The notes beneath the pieces were generated by a model, which had not been told where the DNA came from, searched no databases, and saw only the letters and a program-made list of their open reading frames with translations. Positions 18,732 to 29,782 of a stretch of 64,000 nt of DNA are shown one piece after another. Numbering within the stretch: the first letter of the stretch is position 1; each line of letters starts with the position of its first letter. The DNA is from Alphaproteobacteria bacterium (GTDB lineage: Bacteria > Pseudomonadota > Alphaproteobacteria > CAAHEQ01 > UBA3637). A program made the position numbers and the translations under genes. The stretch lies in contig JAZUBA010000044.1 in assembly GCA_045638265.1 (NCBI GenBank), forward strand, positions 146,862-210,861. Reading direction: 5' to 3'.

Positions 18732-19859
18732 ATGAGCGGATATTTGAAAAAGCTGTGTTCTTATGTTAAAACAGGCTATTTAAGTTTGGACAGTGGTTTA
18801 TTCTACGGTATAGCTGTTTTGATATTATACGGTATTTTTCTAACTTTTGCTGCCAGTCCCGGTGTTGCGGAACGAACGAATCGGGAAACATTTTATTTCA
18901 TTAATCGTCAACTTGTTTTTTTAGTGCCAGCTATTATGGTTTTATGTGTTACAACCTTTTTAGATACCAAATTAATTCGTCGTATCAGTGGATTGGTTTT
19001 AATCGGTTCATTAATTTGTATGGTTTATGTTGTTTTATTTGGAACAGAAATACAAGGTGCAAAACGGTGGATTAATATAATGGGTGTCGGGTTACAGCCG
19101 TCTGAATTTGTGAAGCCCTCATTTGCGGTTGTATGTGCTTGGTTATTGGCATCCGGTCGTTTAATTAAAAAATTCCCCGGATATATTTGTGCTTTTATTT
19201 TAGTGGGAATTGTTTCACTACTGCTTTTATTACAACCTGATGTCGGTATGTTTATTACTGTTATCAGCATTTTTTCAGTTGAATTATTTTTATCGGGTAT
19301 TCCTAAAATTGTTGTTGTTGTTTTAGGCAGTTTGTTTGTTGGATTCTTAACAATGGCCTACTTTGTTTTTGACCATGTTCATCAACGGGTTAATCGCTTT
19401 TTAAATCCAGAACAGGGTGAAGCATATCAAGTTGAGAAATCATTAGAAACACTTAAAAATGCCGGTTGGTTTGGAAAAGGACCAGGAGAGGGTATTGTTA
19501 AATACGAGTTACCCGATGCACATACAGATTTTATTTTGGCTGTATCAGCAGAGGAGTTTGGCTTTATTTTGACAGCTTTTTTAATCTGTACATTTGCCTT
19601 TGTTGTGTTGCGTGGTTTTTATTTAATGAAACAAGAAACAAAATATTTTTGTCAGATTGCTGTTGCCGGACTGTTGACACAAATTGCAATTCAGGCTATT
19701 GTAAATATGGGTTCAACACTCAATTTGTTGCCGACCAAAGGTATGACGTTACCGTTTATTTCATATGGAGGGTCTTCTTTGGTTTCTATCGGATTCGCAT
19801 TCGGCATTATTTTGGGATTGACGAAACGGCGTGGTACGTTTAGTAACGGATTAGAGTAA
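18732..19859 (+). CDS. ftsW: SEDS peptidoglycan polymerase FtsW
   Basis: LQPSEFVKP, PDAHTDFILAV and LPFISYGGSS motifs. It follows mraY directly, with no murD in between. Confidence 0.93.
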   Translation: MSGYLKKLCSYVKTGYLSLDSGLFYGIAVLILYGIFLTFAASPGVAERTNRETFYFINRQLVFLVPAIMVLCVTTFLDTKLIRRISGLVLIGSLICMVYVVLFGTEIQGAKRWINIMGVGLQPSEFVKPSFAVVCAWLLASGRLIKKFPGYICAFILVGIVSLLLLLQPDVGMFITVISIFSVELFLSGIPKIVVVVLGSLFVGFLTMAYFVFDHVHQRVNRFLNPEQGEAYQVEKSLETLKNAGWFGKGPGEGIVKYELPDAHTDFILAVSAEEFGFILTAFLICTFAFVVLRGFYLMKQETKYFCQIAVAGLLTQIAIQAIVNMGSTLNLLPTKGMTLPFISYGGSSLVSIGFAFGIILGLTKRRGTFSNGLE

Positions 19860-19872
19860 CAGAGAGGTTGCT

Positions 19873-21015
19873 ATGACAGAAAACACAGAACAAAAACAAA
19901 CAACAAAACAAGAAGCACCGTTGATTATTGTAACAACGGGTGGTAGTGGCGGACATATTTTTCCAGCCGAATCTATATCAGGAGCCTTATTAAAAAAAGG
20001 ATATCGGGTTGCGTTTGTTACAGATAAACGGGGGGCCAACTTTCATTCATTGCCTAACGTGCAGACGTATCGGTTAGTAGCAGAATCGGTTGCTGGTGGA
20101 TCACGTTTGCATAAAATAATGGCTATGATAAAGTTGTTGTTTGGTGCAGCTCAGGCACTTCATTTGATTATGAAATTAAAACCGTCATTAGTTATCGGTG
20201 TTGGGGGGTATGCTTCTTTTCCTGCCGTAATTGCAGCATATATGTGGGGTATTCCGGTTATGTTGCATGAACAGAATGCTGTTTTGGGACGGGCTAATCG
20301 GTTTTTATCTAATTGGATATTTGGCAAACGGGCAGAAGTAATTGCAACATCGTTTGAACCGACATTGTTGGTCCCTAGTAATATCCCACAAGTCCGAGTC
20401 GGTATGCCGGCAAGACCCCAGGTTTTAAAATCGGAAAAAACACCATATCAACCGATTAAAGATACCATTCAGTTGCTTATTTTTGGCGGTAGTCAAGGAG
20501 CCTCTTTTTTTAGTCGGAAATTTCCTGAAGTGCTGGCCTTATTGCCAGAAGAATTGCAACGTAAAATTGTATTGACACAACAAGCTCGTCCCGAAGATGA
20601 AGAATATTTACAGGAAGTTTATCAAAAAATACCATTTAAAAAAGTGACTATATCATCATTTTTTGATAACATGCCTATGTTGATTAAAGAGTCTCATTTG
20701 GTTATTTCTCGTGGTGGTGCATCAACGATTACAGAGTTGGAGATTATTGGACGACCGGCAATGATTGTTCCGCTACCGACAGCTGCGGATAATCATCAAA
20801 TGGAAAATGCTCGTCAGTTTTGTGATGATGGTGCCGGTTGGTTGATTAATGAAAAAACGTTTTCAGTTGAACAGACAGCACAACGATTGACTGAATTGTT
20901 GCAGGATAAAGATATTTTGATAAATGCCGCTAGTTGTGCTTATAATCGCTCTAAGCCGGAAGCAGCTCAACAAGTTGCACAGTTGGCTGATAATATTATT
21001 AAAGGAAAAAAATAA
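19873..21015 (+). CDS. murG: Lipid II glycosyltransferase MurG
   Basis: TGGSGGHIFPA at the N-terminus and a GGASTITEL ... QMENA C-terminal region. Confidence 0.95.
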   Translation: MTENTEQKQTTKQEAPLIIVTTGGSGGHIFPAESISGALLKKGYRVAFVTDKRGANFHSLPNVQTYRLVAESVAGGSRLHKIMAMIKLLFGAAQALHLIMKLKPSLVIGVGGYASFPAVIAAYMWGIPVMLHEQNAVLGRANRFLSNWIFGKRAEVIATSFEPTLLVPSNIPQVRVGMPARPQVLKSEKTPYQPIKDTIQLLIFGGSQGASFFSRKFPEVLALLPEELQRKIVLTQQARPEDEEYLQEVYQKIPFKKVTISSFFDNMPMLIKESHLVISRGGASTITELEIIGRPAMIVPLPTAADNHQMENARQFCDDGAGWLINEKTFSVEQTAQRLTELLQDKDILINAASCAYNRSKPEAAQQVAQLADNIIKGKK

Positions 21016-22409
21016 TGAAATTAACGTGTCCGTTACAAAAAATTCATTTTATCGGTATAGGTGGAATTGGTATGAGTGCCATAGCAGAAATGCTTGCTGA
21101 TTTAGGTGTTCAGGTTCAAGGCTCTGATGCAAAAGAAAGTGCCAATACCATTCGTGTCCGTAATTCGGGTATTCCTGTTTATATCGGGCACTGTGCTGAG
21201 CATTTACAGGGAGTTGATGCTGTTGTGGTAACGAGTGCCATAACATCTGATAATCCGGAATTGCAAGAAGCGAAACGTTTGGGAATACCTATCGGCCATC
21301 GTTCAGAAATGCTTGCTGAAATTTTGCATTATAAACAAAGTATTTGTGTGTCGGGAACACATGGTAAAACAACAACATCTTCTTTGATTGCCAGTATGTT
21401 AATGACGGCAGAAAGAGATCCGAGTTTTATTATTGGCGGTATTTTAAATTCGCAAGCTTCCAATGCCCGATTAGGAAAAGGTGATTATGTTGTGGTGGAG
21501 GCAGATGAATCTGATGGTTCATTTTTGAAATTACCGACAAGTATTTCCGTTGTAACCAATGTTGACCCGGAACATATGGAATATTATCGTACCTTTGATA
21601 ACATGAAAGCTGCTTATGGATTGTTTATGAAAAATACGGCTTTTTATGGTGCTTGTATAGCTTGCATTGATCATCCTGTTGTAAAAGAGTTGGTGACAAA
21701 AATTGAAAATAGACGTTGTATTACTTACGGAACGGATAAAGAGGCAAATGTGTATGCCGAAAATATTGTCGCAACGGAACGAGGAATGTGTTTTGATATT
21801 CGTATTTCTTATAAAAACAATGTTTGTTGTATGAAAAACGTATTTTTACCTATGTTTGGGCATCATAACGTGTTAAATGCGTTGGCAAGTGTTGCCGTTG
21901 GGTTTTATTTGGGGATAGAAGAACATTTTATCCGAAAGGCTTTATCTGAATTTTCAGGTATACAACGCCGTTTGACATATCGTGGTGTTTTAAACGATAT
22001 GCCTGTTTACGATGATTATGCACATCATCCGATTGAAATTAGTGCGACGTTAAGTGCTGTAAGAGCCAGTACAAAAGGAAAGGTTATTGCTGTTTTTCAA
22101 CCACACCGATACACTCGTTTGAGAGATTTGTGGGATTCATTTTTAATGTGTTTTGAAAATGCTGATATTGTTTATGTATGCGATGTATATAGTGCTGGAG
22201 AAAATCCGATAGAAGGAGTAACAGCTTTGACATTTAGTCGTGTTTTGGCTCAAACACATCCACAGGTTAAACATTTACCTATTTTTGAGGATTTAATTAT
22301 GCTGACACAAGGTTTGACAGCTTATGATACGCTTGTTTGTTTAGGAGCTGGAAGCATATCTTCACAAATAACAGGGTTGTTGGATTCTTTAAAAGGAGAA
22401 AAAAAGTAA
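21015..22409 (+). CDS. murC: UDP-N-acetylmuramate-L-alanine ligase MurC
   Basis: HFIGIGGIGMSAIAE, GTHGKTTTSS and YDDYAHHP motifs. Confidence 0.96.
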   Translation: MKLTCPLQKIHFIGIGGIGMSAIAEMLADLGVQVQGSDAKESANTIRVRNSGIPVYIGHCAEHLQGVDAVVVTSAITSDNPELQEAKRLGIPIGHRSEMLAEILHYKQSICVSGTHGKTTTSSLIASMLMTAERDPSFIIGGILNSQASNARLGKGDYVVVEADESDGSFLKLPTSISVVTNVDPEHMEYYRTFDNMKAAYGLFMKNTAFYGACIACIDHPVVKELVTKIENRRCITYGTDKEANVYAENIVATERGMCFDIRISYKNNVCCMKNVFLPMFGHHNVLNALASVAVGFYLGIEEHFIRKALSEFSGIQRRLTYRGVLNDMPVYDDYAHHPIEISATLSAVRASTKGKVIAVFQPHRYTRLRDLWDSFLMCFENADIVYVCDVYSAGENPIEGVTALTFSRVLAQTHPQVKHLPIFEDLIMLTQGLTAYDTLVCLGAGSISSQITGLLDSLKGEKK

Positions 22410-23374
22410 TGGCAGGATTGTGGCATAAAAATATGATTTCATTTTTTAAAGATACTTTTTCAAAAAAAGAAAAGTTAATTAATCAGTTGCCTAATGTGCG
22501 AGGTAAATTAGTTGAAAATGAGCCGTTACATAAAAAGAATTGGTTTGGGGTCGGCGGATCGGCTCAGGTTTATTTTGAACCAGCGGATGCGGCTGATTTA
22601 GCACATTTATTGAAGAATATGCATCCTATGCCTTTAACCATATTGGGTGCAGGAAGTAATGTTTTAATTCGGGATGGTGGTGTTCCCGGATTAACGGTAC
22701 ATTTAGGGAAATCTTTTTCACAGATTTATGTTGAAAATGATTTGATTTCATGTGGTGCTTCAGTGAGTGTCATGGAAGTTGCTCGTACAGCTCTTAAAAA
22801 CAGTATCAGCGGTTTTGAATTTTTGTGTGGTATTCCTGGTTCAGTTGGTGGAGCTGTTCGTATGAATGCCGGTGCATATGGTTCACAAATGCAAGATTGC
22901 ATTAAAAGCATTACCATTGTTACACGAGAAGGTGAAATAAGAGTATTATCAGCAGATGAATTGAAAGATTCATTTGAATATAGAAAGTGTTTGTTACCGC
23001 AAGAATGGATTTTTGTTGGTGCCGTGTTAAAGGGTACGCTTGTAAAAGACTCAGCAGTTATTCGTGAAAAAATGGAATCTAATCGTCAAAAAAGAGAAAA
23101 AGGACAACCGTTAGGTGTTCGCACAGCAGGGTCAACATTTAGAAATCCGGACGGAACACCGGCTTGGCAGTTAATTGATAAAGTCGGTATGCGTGGTGCA
23201 AAACAAGGCGGTGCTTCTGTTTCAACAAAACATTGTAATTTTTTAATTAATAATGGGAATGCAACGGCAAAAGATATTGAAGCATTGGGTGAAGAAATAC
23301 GCCGTCAGGTTTTAGAAAAAGAAGGCATTCAACTGGAATGGGAAGTGAAAAAAATAGGAGTAGATAAAAAATGA
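22409..23374 (+). CDS. murB: UDP-N-acetylenolpyruvoylglucosamine reductase MurB (trimmed to the ATG at 22409)
   Basis: TAATG overlap with the murC stop. Motifs FGVGGSAQVYFEP, GAGSNVLIRD, GSTFRNP. Confidence 0.93.
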   Translation: MAGLWHKNMISFFKDTFSKKEKLINQLPNVRGKLVENEPLHKKNWFGVGGSAQVYFEPADAADLAHLLKNMHPMPLTILGAGSNVLIRDGGVPGLTVHLGKSFSQIYVENDLISCGASVSVMEVARTALKNSISGFEFLCGIPGSVGGAVRMNAGAYGSQMQDCIKSITIVTREGEIRVLSADELKDSFEYRKCLLPQEWIFVGAVLKGTLVKDSAVIREKMESNRQKREKGQPLGVRTAGSTFRNPDGTPAWQLIDKVGMRGAKQGGASVSTKHCNFLINNGNATAKDIEALGEEIRRQVLEKEGIQLEWEVKKIGVDKK

Positions 23375-24279
23375 AAGTAGCAGTTCTGATGGGCGGAAAA
23401 TCCACGGAACGATTGGTTTCGTTAGAAAGTGGAAAAGGTGTTTTAAAAGCTTTGTTAAATCAAGGCTATCAAGCTTTTGCACTTGATATTCCCGAACAGA
23501 TTTCAGGATTGGTTGATTTGTTGGAAGAACAAAAACCCGATGTTGTTTTTAATGCCTTACATGGACGCTATGGTGAAGACGGTTGTATTCAAGGGTTACT
23601 TAATTTAATGGAAATACCTTATACTCATTCAGGTGTTTTGGCTTCGGCATTATCTATGGACAAACAACGGGCAAAAGTAATTGTGGCTTCTATGGGTATT
23701 GACGTGCCACGTGGTTATATGATTACAAAAGAACAATTAATTCAAGGAAACATGCTTTCTAAACCATACGTATTAAAGCCGAATGATGAAGGGTCATCCG
23801 TTGGTGTTCATATTATCAGAACAGATGAAGACGAACGAAGAGTTATTGATGAGTGGTCTTACAATAAGCCTGTTTTAACAGAAGAATATATTGGTGGTCG
23901 GGAAGTTTCCGTTGTTGTAATGGATGATGGTGCCGTTGGTGTTGTTGAAATTGTCCCACACACAGGTTTCTATGATTATCATACAAAATATACCGTCGGT
24001 GTGGCAGATCATATTGTTCCGGCTGATATTTCAGGAGAATGGACAAAAAAACTGATGCAGCAAGCTTATAAAATTCATCAGGCATTAGGGTGTCGTGGCG
24101 TTTCCCGTTCTGATTTTCGGTTAGATGAGCAAACAGGTCGGTGTGTATTTCTAGAAATTAACGTTAATCCGGGTTTAACACCTTTATCATTGGTACCGGA
24201 AGTTGTATCAAAAATAAAAGGTATGTCATACGATGATTTAATTGTTCAATTAATAAAGGTGGCCGGCTATGAAAAATAA
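23371..24279 (+). CDS. ddl: D-alanine-D-alanine ligase
   Basis: LHGRYGEDGCIQGLL, an ATP-grasp region, and FLEINVNPGLT. Confidence 0.95.
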   Translation: MKVAVLMGGKSTERLVSLESGKGVLKALLNQGYQAFALDIPEQISGLVDLLEEQKPDVVFNALHGRYGEDGCIQGLLNLMEIPYTHSGVLASALSMDKQRAKVIVASMGIDVPRGYMITKEQLIQGNMLSKPYVLKPNDEGSSVGVHIIRTDEDERRVIDEWSYNKPVLTEEYIGGREVSVVVMDDGAVGVVEIVPHTGFYDYHTKYTVGVADHIVPADISGEWTKKLMQQAYKIHQALGCRGVSRSDFRLDEQTGRCVFLEINVNPGLTPLSLVPEVVSKIKGMSYDDLIVQLIKVAGYEK

Positions 24280-25099
24280 GCGTACCAATAAAAAACAAAC
24301 AGTCAACCAAAACAGAAAAAAATTTCAGAGAATAAAACGTCAGATTGTTTTCGGTTGTGTTTGCTTGTGTGTTGTTGGTATGATAGGATTCTTTTGGACA
24401 CCGACAGGGAGAAGTGTATTAACAAAAGGAAATGAATTTTTAACTCTTGTTAAAGAAAAAGCACATTTAGAATTAGAACAAGTGCACGTAGAAGGGCGTG
24501 TTCGGACACAGTTAGATGATATTAATAAAGCTGTTAGCGTTACACAAGGTATGCCGATTTTTGAAATTAATCTGATTGAATTGAAAGAAAATATTTTGCA
24601 GCTTCCTTGGGTCCAAAATGTTTTAATAGAGCGTCATTTGCCAAATCAAATTTTGATTCGTTTAACAGAGAAAACGCCGATTGCTATTTGGCAACATAAA
24701 AAAGAATATTGGCCGATAGATGAAACTGGGCAAAAGATAGCAGATAATAAAACTGTCTTATCAAATGTTTTACTTGTTGTTGGGGAAGATGCTCCGGAAC
24801 ATACACCATCATTAATGGCAGAATTGAAAAAATACCCGAATATTGCTAAAAATGTTATTTCAGCTGTTCGTGTTGGGAATAGGCGTTGGAATTTACACTT
24901 GAATGATGTTGACGGATTAGTGGTTTATTTGCCCGAAACAGAGATTGGAAAAGCTTTGGAACGATTACAGGAATTTGATGAAAGAGGTCAAATTTTAGAT
25001 CGTAATTTAAATATTATTGATTTGAAATTGCCTGATAGATTAATTGTTCGCAGTCAGGAAGAAGAAACAACAACCAAACAACAAAAAAAGAAGAAATAA
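24269..25099 (+). CDS. ftsQ: Cell-division protein FtsQ
   Basis: Basic N-terminus, single TM helix, POTRA-like region. Position between ddl and ftsA. Confidence 0.88.
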   Translation: MKNKRTNKKQTVNQNRKKFQRIKRQIVFGCVCLCVVGMIGFFWTPTGRSVLTKGNEFLTLVKEKAHLELEQVHVEGRVRTQLDDINKAVSVTQGMPIFEINLIELKENILQLPWVQNVLIERHLPNQILIRLTEKTPIAIWQHKKEYWPIDETGQKIADNKTVLSNVLLVVGEDAPEHTPSLMAELKKYPNIAKNVISAVRVGNRRWNLHLNDVDGLVVYLPETEIGKALERLQEFDERGQILDRNLNIIDLKLPDRLIVRSQEEETTTKQQKKKK

Positions 25100-25112
25100 T
25101 TGAGGAAGAAAG

Positions 25113-26363
25113 ATGGGTAAACAGAATAAGTTAAAATCTATTGTAACACTACTTGATATCGGAACATCCAAAATTTGTTGTATGATTGTCAAATTTGGGA
25201 CTGATGGTATTGCAGAAGTTATCGGAACGGGTTATACACCGGCAAGCGGCATTCAAGCAGGTGCTATTATAGATAAAAAACAGGCAACGGAATGTATCAG
25301 CAATGCTTTGGCACAAGCTCATAAACAGGCAGATTTTAGACCGAAAAGTGTTGTCGTCAATATTTCATCAACACAAATGAAATCACATCATATTTTTAAA
25401 GAAATAGAAATAAGTGATAACAAACCGATTACGGCAAATGATGTTAAATCATTAGTGGATAAGGTTATTTCTTCTTGTTTGGCTCAAAAAGATGAAGTAG
25501 TGCATGCTTTCCCATTGGAGTATGTGGTAGATAATGAACGTAATGTACAAGATCCTCGCGGATTATATGCAACACGTTTAGGTGTACATATGTATATTAT
25601 TACATTGCCTGAAAGTCAGTCTCGTAATTTAGTTAGTGTATTGGATAGTTGTTTGGTTAGTGTTGATATGAAAGTCGCAACTCCATATGCCGCGGCATTA
25701 GCATGTGTCAACGAAGATGAAAAAGAAGCTGGTGTTACGGTTGTTGATTTTGGAGCCGGTACAACTTCTATTGCGATGTTTTTGAACGGAGGTCTTGTTC
25801 ATTTAGATTTAATACCGCAAGGGGGAAATGTTATTACCAAAGATATTGTACAAGGATTAAAAACTTCTTTTGCGGTGGCAGAACGGCAAAAAACACTTAA
25901 CGGTGCTGCTTTTTTATCACCACGTGATGAAATTGATAAATTAATTATTCCGATGTTAGGTGAAGAAAGTACAAATGTTCAGATTCCTCAATCACGATTG
26001 ATTTCAATTATTATTCCCCGTTTGGAAGAAATTTTAGGTAATATCAAACGTGTATTTGAAAAATACCCCTATTTTGGTGTGGCAACAAAACAAATTGTTT
26101 TAAGTGGTGGCGGTAGTATGTTGCAGGGAATACAGGAGAAAACAGCCACTATATTAAACAGTACCGTTCGTATCGGAAAACCCGAAACGATTCGCGGACT
26201 GTCTTCACAGTTTGAAGTATATACATTTTCTACTTGCATTGGACTGTTAAAATATGTAATGATAAAAGAGAAAAGTTTGTTAAACGAAAAATTTAAATCA
26301 CAATCAACCCCAAAGAAAGGTTTTATCGGAAAGGTAACACAATGGCTAATTCAGAATTTTTAG
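25113..26363 (+). CDS. ftsA: Cell-division protein FtsA
   Basis: Actin-like fold motifs ([27 protein letters not shown]). Position upstream of ftsZ. Confidence 0.95.
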   Translation: MGKQNKLKSIVTLLDIGTSKICCMIVKFGTDGIAEVIGTGYTPASGIQAGAIIDKKQATECISNALAQAHKQADFRPKSVVVNISSTQMKSHHIFKEIEISDNKPITANDVKSLVDKVISSCLAQKDEVVHAFPLEYVVDNERNVQDPRGLYATRLGVHMYIITLPESQSRNLVSVLDSCLVSVDMKVATPYAAALACVNEDEKEAGVTVVDFGAGTTSIAMFLNGGLVHLDLIPQGGNVITKDIVQGLKTSFAVAERQKTLNGAAFLSPRDEIDKLIIPMLGEESTNVQIPQSRLISIIIPRLEEILGNIKRVFEKYPYFGVATKQIVLSGGGSMLQGIQEKTATILNSTVRIGKPETIRGLSSQFEVYTFSTCIGLLKYVMIKEKSLLNEKFKSQSTPKKGFIGKVTQWLIQNF

Positions 26364-27958
26364 AAGTACAAGAAAACGGTTTATCAATAGGTTTGGCATC
26401 TCCGGCACCGGAAATTTTATTAACACCAAATATTGGTGTTATCGGAGTAGGGGGTGCTGGTGGTAATGCCATTAATAATATGGTTATGGCAAATTTGGGC
26501 GATGTTGCTTTTTATGCAGCAAATACAGATGCACAAGCTTTATCCAAGTCATTGGTTGCCGATAGAATCCAGTTAGGTATAACAATTACTCAAGGTTTAG
26601 GCGCCGGTGCTAATCCGGAAGTCGGTAAAGCTGCAGCAACAGAAGCAGAAGAAAAAATCAGAGAACATATTAAAGGGTTACATTTATTGTTCATTACAGC
26701 CGGTATGGGTGGGGGAACCGGTACAGGAGCAGCACCTGTTATTGCCCGAATCGCAAAAGATTTAGGCATTTTAACAATTGGTGTTGTGTCCAAGCCATTT
26801 CAATTTGAAGGTGCAAAGCGGATGAAAACAGCAAAAGCCGGTATTGAAGAATTAAAAAAATACGTGGACACTTTAATTGTTATTCCTAATCAAAATTTGT
26901 TTCGTATTATTGCTGCAAATACAACATTTATTGAAGCTTTTAAAATTGCAGATGATGTATTATGTCAAGGCGTTCGTTCAATTACGGACTTAATTATTAA
27001 TTCAGGTAATGTTAATTTGGATTTTGCTGATTTAAAAACAGTTTTATCAGCCAAAGGACGTTCTATTATGAGTACGGGTGAAGCATCGGGAGAAAATCGG
27101 GCAGAAATTTCTGTTGAAAAAGCCATTTTCAATCCGTTACTTGATGATTCTTCCATTAAAGGGGCAAAAAGTATTTTAATTAATATTTCCAGCGATTCGG
27201 ATTTAACTTTATCCGAAGTTGATTTGGCTGTCAGTCGTATTAATCAGGAATTAGATGATGAACAGGCTGAAATTTATGTCGGAACTCGTGTAGATGAAAC
27301 ATTGCAGGGTAAAATGCGTGTTTCATTGGTGGCAACGGGAATTGATGAAGATTATCCGATTGAAAAATATGTTGCCCCGAAAAATGTTGTGAAAGAAACA
27401 CTTGTTGAAGTGCCAGTTAGTGAAGAACCGGAAATCATTGCAACGGAAAAGGAAAACGTTGAAGAGGTGACTGAAACGGAAAATAATTTTTCATTTGTAC
27501 AAGATATGCCACCGGTAGAAAATATGGTGAAGAATGAACTTCAAAATCCGTATGGTTTTTTCAGTGATTTTGGAAACGATGATTTAAATTATGATAATAT
27601 AGCCATTGATATAACAGAAAAACCAATAGCACAACCATTGTTAATTGATGATGAGCAACCGAAACTTCAACCGATTATACCTGTTGTCCAAATTCCGGAT
27701 GTTAAAGAAGAATTAAATATGGACGCCCAAAAGGTTACGGAAAATGTAAAACCGGTACCTTTTAAATCAGCAGGCAGAAGTTTTGTGGATAAATTATTGA
27801 ATCGAGATAAACCTGCCCCGATGAATGAACAACCACAGATGAAAATGGCGGCAAAACCGGTTCAATCAAAGGAAATTATTCCTAATACAGAGTCTAAAAA
27901 AGATTTTGTTGATCATTCGTATGAAGAAAATTTTCCACGTTTTTTGCTTAATCCATAA
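26342..27958 (+). CDS. ftsZ: Cell-division GTPase FtsZ
   Basis: [13 protein letters not shown] and the tubulin signature [10 protein letters not shown]. Long acidic linker and a C-terminal FPRFLL peptide. Confidence 0.96.
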   Translation: MANSEFLEVQENGLSIGLASPAPEILLTPNIGVIGVGGAGGNAINNMVMANLGDVAFYAANTDAQALSKSLVADRIQLGITITQGLGAGANPEVGKAAATEAEEKIREHIKGLHLLFITAGMGGGTGTGAAPVIARIAKDLGILTIGVVSKPFQFEGAKRMKTAKAGIEELKKYVDTLIVIPNQNLFRIIAANTTFIEAFKIADDVLCQGVRSITDLIINSGNVNLDFADLKTVLSAKGRSIMSTGEASGENRAEISVEKAIFNPLLDDSSIKGAKSILINISSDSDLTLSEVDLAVSRINQELDDEQAEIYVGTRVDETLQGKMRVSLVATGIDEDYPIEKYVAPKNVVKETLVEVPVSEEPEIIATEKENVEEVTETENNFSFVQDMPPVENMVKNELQNPYGFFSDFGNDDLNYDNIAIDITEKPIAQPLLIDDEQPKLQPIIPVVQIPDVKEELNMDAQKVTENVKPVPFKSAGRSFVDKLLNRDKPAPMNEQPQMKMAAKPVQSKEIIPNTESKKDFVDHSYEENFPRFLLNP

Positions 27959-27974
27959 TAAAATTGGTTAACTG

Positions 27975-29240
27975 ATGAACGAAAATCAAAGTAGATTGGC
28001 AGCATTTTATATTTTACAAGGGATTATCTTGAATGAAAAGACCTTGATGAATGCTTACAATCACTTTGATTTATATGATAGATTGGGCGATTCGGATAAG
28101 CAGTTTTGTCGGTTGCTTGTGTTGACTGTTTTACGTCGGTGGGGGCAACTGCAATCATTTTTACAGCTTTTCTTATCAAAACCATTGCCGAAAAAACGGC
28201 AGGATATTTTAATTATACTCTGTATGGGTATTGCTCAAATTTATTATTTGAAAACACCAATATATGCTTCGGTTGATACTAGCGTGCAATTAACCCGATT
28301 AATTAAACAATCATCATTTAGTCGTTTGATAAATGGTGTATTACGTTCTTTTATTCGCAAAATGGATGATATATCTGAACCGGATGTATTACATAATCTA
28401 CCGAAATGGTTGTTTGATGCTTGGCAAAAAACGTATACGCTTGATGAGATACGCATTTTTGTAACGGCATTTTTACAAGAAGCACCTTTGGATATAACTG
28501 CTAAATCACATCCTGAACAATGGGCAGATAAATGGCAAGGTGAGGTTTTAACGACGAATACGATTCGTTGTGCTTTTCAAGGGAATGTGGCATTAATGGA
28601 AGGATATGAAGCAGGAGAATGGTGGGTTCAGGAAGCTTCTGCTTCTATCCCTGCTCAATTATTTCCAGATTTAGTCGGCAAAAAGGTGGCTGATTTATGT
28701 GCGGCACCTGGTGGAAAAACAGCTCAAATGGCAGTGAATGGTGCAAAAGTTGATGCGTATGATATTTCAGAGAATCGTTTAAAACGGTTAAATGAAAATA
28801 TGAAACGCTTAAAATTAGAACAGAATGTTCAAACCGTTTGCCAAGATGTTTTACTTTTAAAAGATACAGATAAATATGATGCGGTTTTATTAGACGCACC
28901 TTGTTCGGCAACGGGAACAATTCGACGTCATCCGGATTTGTATTTTCATAGAACACAAGCAGATGTTATCCGATTAAGTCGCATGCAAAAAAGATTGTTG
29001 GAACAAGCGGTACGGTTGACAAAACAAAATGGATATATTGTTTATTCAACCTGTTCTTTGCAAGCGGAAGAAAATGAAGACGTTGTGAATGCTGTTTTGC
29101 AAAAAATACCGACTTTAAAAAGAGTATCTTTGCCAAACAAATGGCAAAAATATTGCAATTTACAAGGTGCCGTTCAGATAACACCAGCGTTTAATCAAGA
29201 TGGTTTTTATGCTGTATTGTTACAGAAAACCGTTGCTTGA
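27975..29240 (+). CDS. rsmB: 16S rRNA m5C967 methyltransferase RsmB/Sun
   Basis: NusB-like N-terminus. Motifs DLCAAPGGKT, LLDAPCSATGTIRRHPD, YSTCSL. Confidence 0.9.
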   Translation: MNENQSRLAAFYILQGIILNEKTLMNAYNHFDLYDRLGDSDKQFCRLLVLTVLRRWGQLQSFLQLFLSKPLPKKRQDILIILCMGIAQIYYLKTPIYASVDTSVQLTRLIKQSSFSRLINGVLRSFIRKMDDISEPDVLHNLPKWLFDAWQKTYTLDEIRIFVTAFLQEAPLDITAKSHPEQWADKWQGEVLTTNTIRCAFQGNVALMEGYEAGEWWVQEASASIPAQLFPDLVGKKVADLCAAPGGKTAQMAVNGAKVDAYDISENRLKRLNENMKRLKLEQNVQTVCQDVLLLKDTDKYDAVLLDAPCSATGTIRRHPDLYFHRTQADVIRLSRMQKRLLEQAVRLTKQNGYIVYSTCSLQAEENEDVVNAVLQKIPTLKRVSLPNKWQKYCNLQGAVQITPAFNQDGFYAVLLQKTVA

Positions 29241-29289
29241 TTTTAAAAAAGAAGATATTATATAAAATAAAGATATTTAAGGAGTTCTA

Positions 29290-29652
29290 ATGGCAAAAAT
29301 TTTGATTGTTGAAGACAATGAAATGAATATGCGTTTGTTTTCGGATTTGTTAAAATCACGTCAGCATACGGTTATTTCATGTGGTGAATCCGTACGGGCA
29401 ATAGACATGATTATGCAAAACAGACCGGATATTATTTTAATGGATATACAAATGCCTGAAATATCCGGATTAGAATTAACACGTTTGATTCGCAAAAATA
29501 ATGAAATTAAAAATACAACCGTTATTGCTGTTTCTGCCTTTGCTATGGCGGATGATGTTCAACGGATTAAAGAATCCGGTTGTACGGATTATATTTCTAA
29601 ACCGATTGAAATTAATTCGTTTTTTGAAACGATAGATAAATATTTACATTAA
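29290..29652 (+). CDS. divK: Single-domain response regulator, DivK-like
   Basis: ILIVEDNEMNMRLF, ILMDIQMPEISGLE, AVSAFAMADD and YISKPI closely resemble Caulobacter DivK as I remember it. 120 aa with no output domain. Confidence 0.8.
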   Translation: MAKILIVEDNEMNMRLFSDLLKSRQHTVISCGESVRAIDMIMQNRPDIILMDIQMPEISGLELTRLIRKNNEIKNTTVIAVSAFAMADDVQRIKESGCTDYISKPIEINSFFETIDKYLH

Positions 29653-29782
29653 TTGAGAGAATTTTATCGTTATTTTACAAAAAAAATAAAAAGTGTAACA
29701 AAAGTGTCATTTGATTTTTTTGACAGAATTGTTTATAAGAAAGAAACGTATGTATGTGTTTAACCAAAAGAAGGAAAAATAA

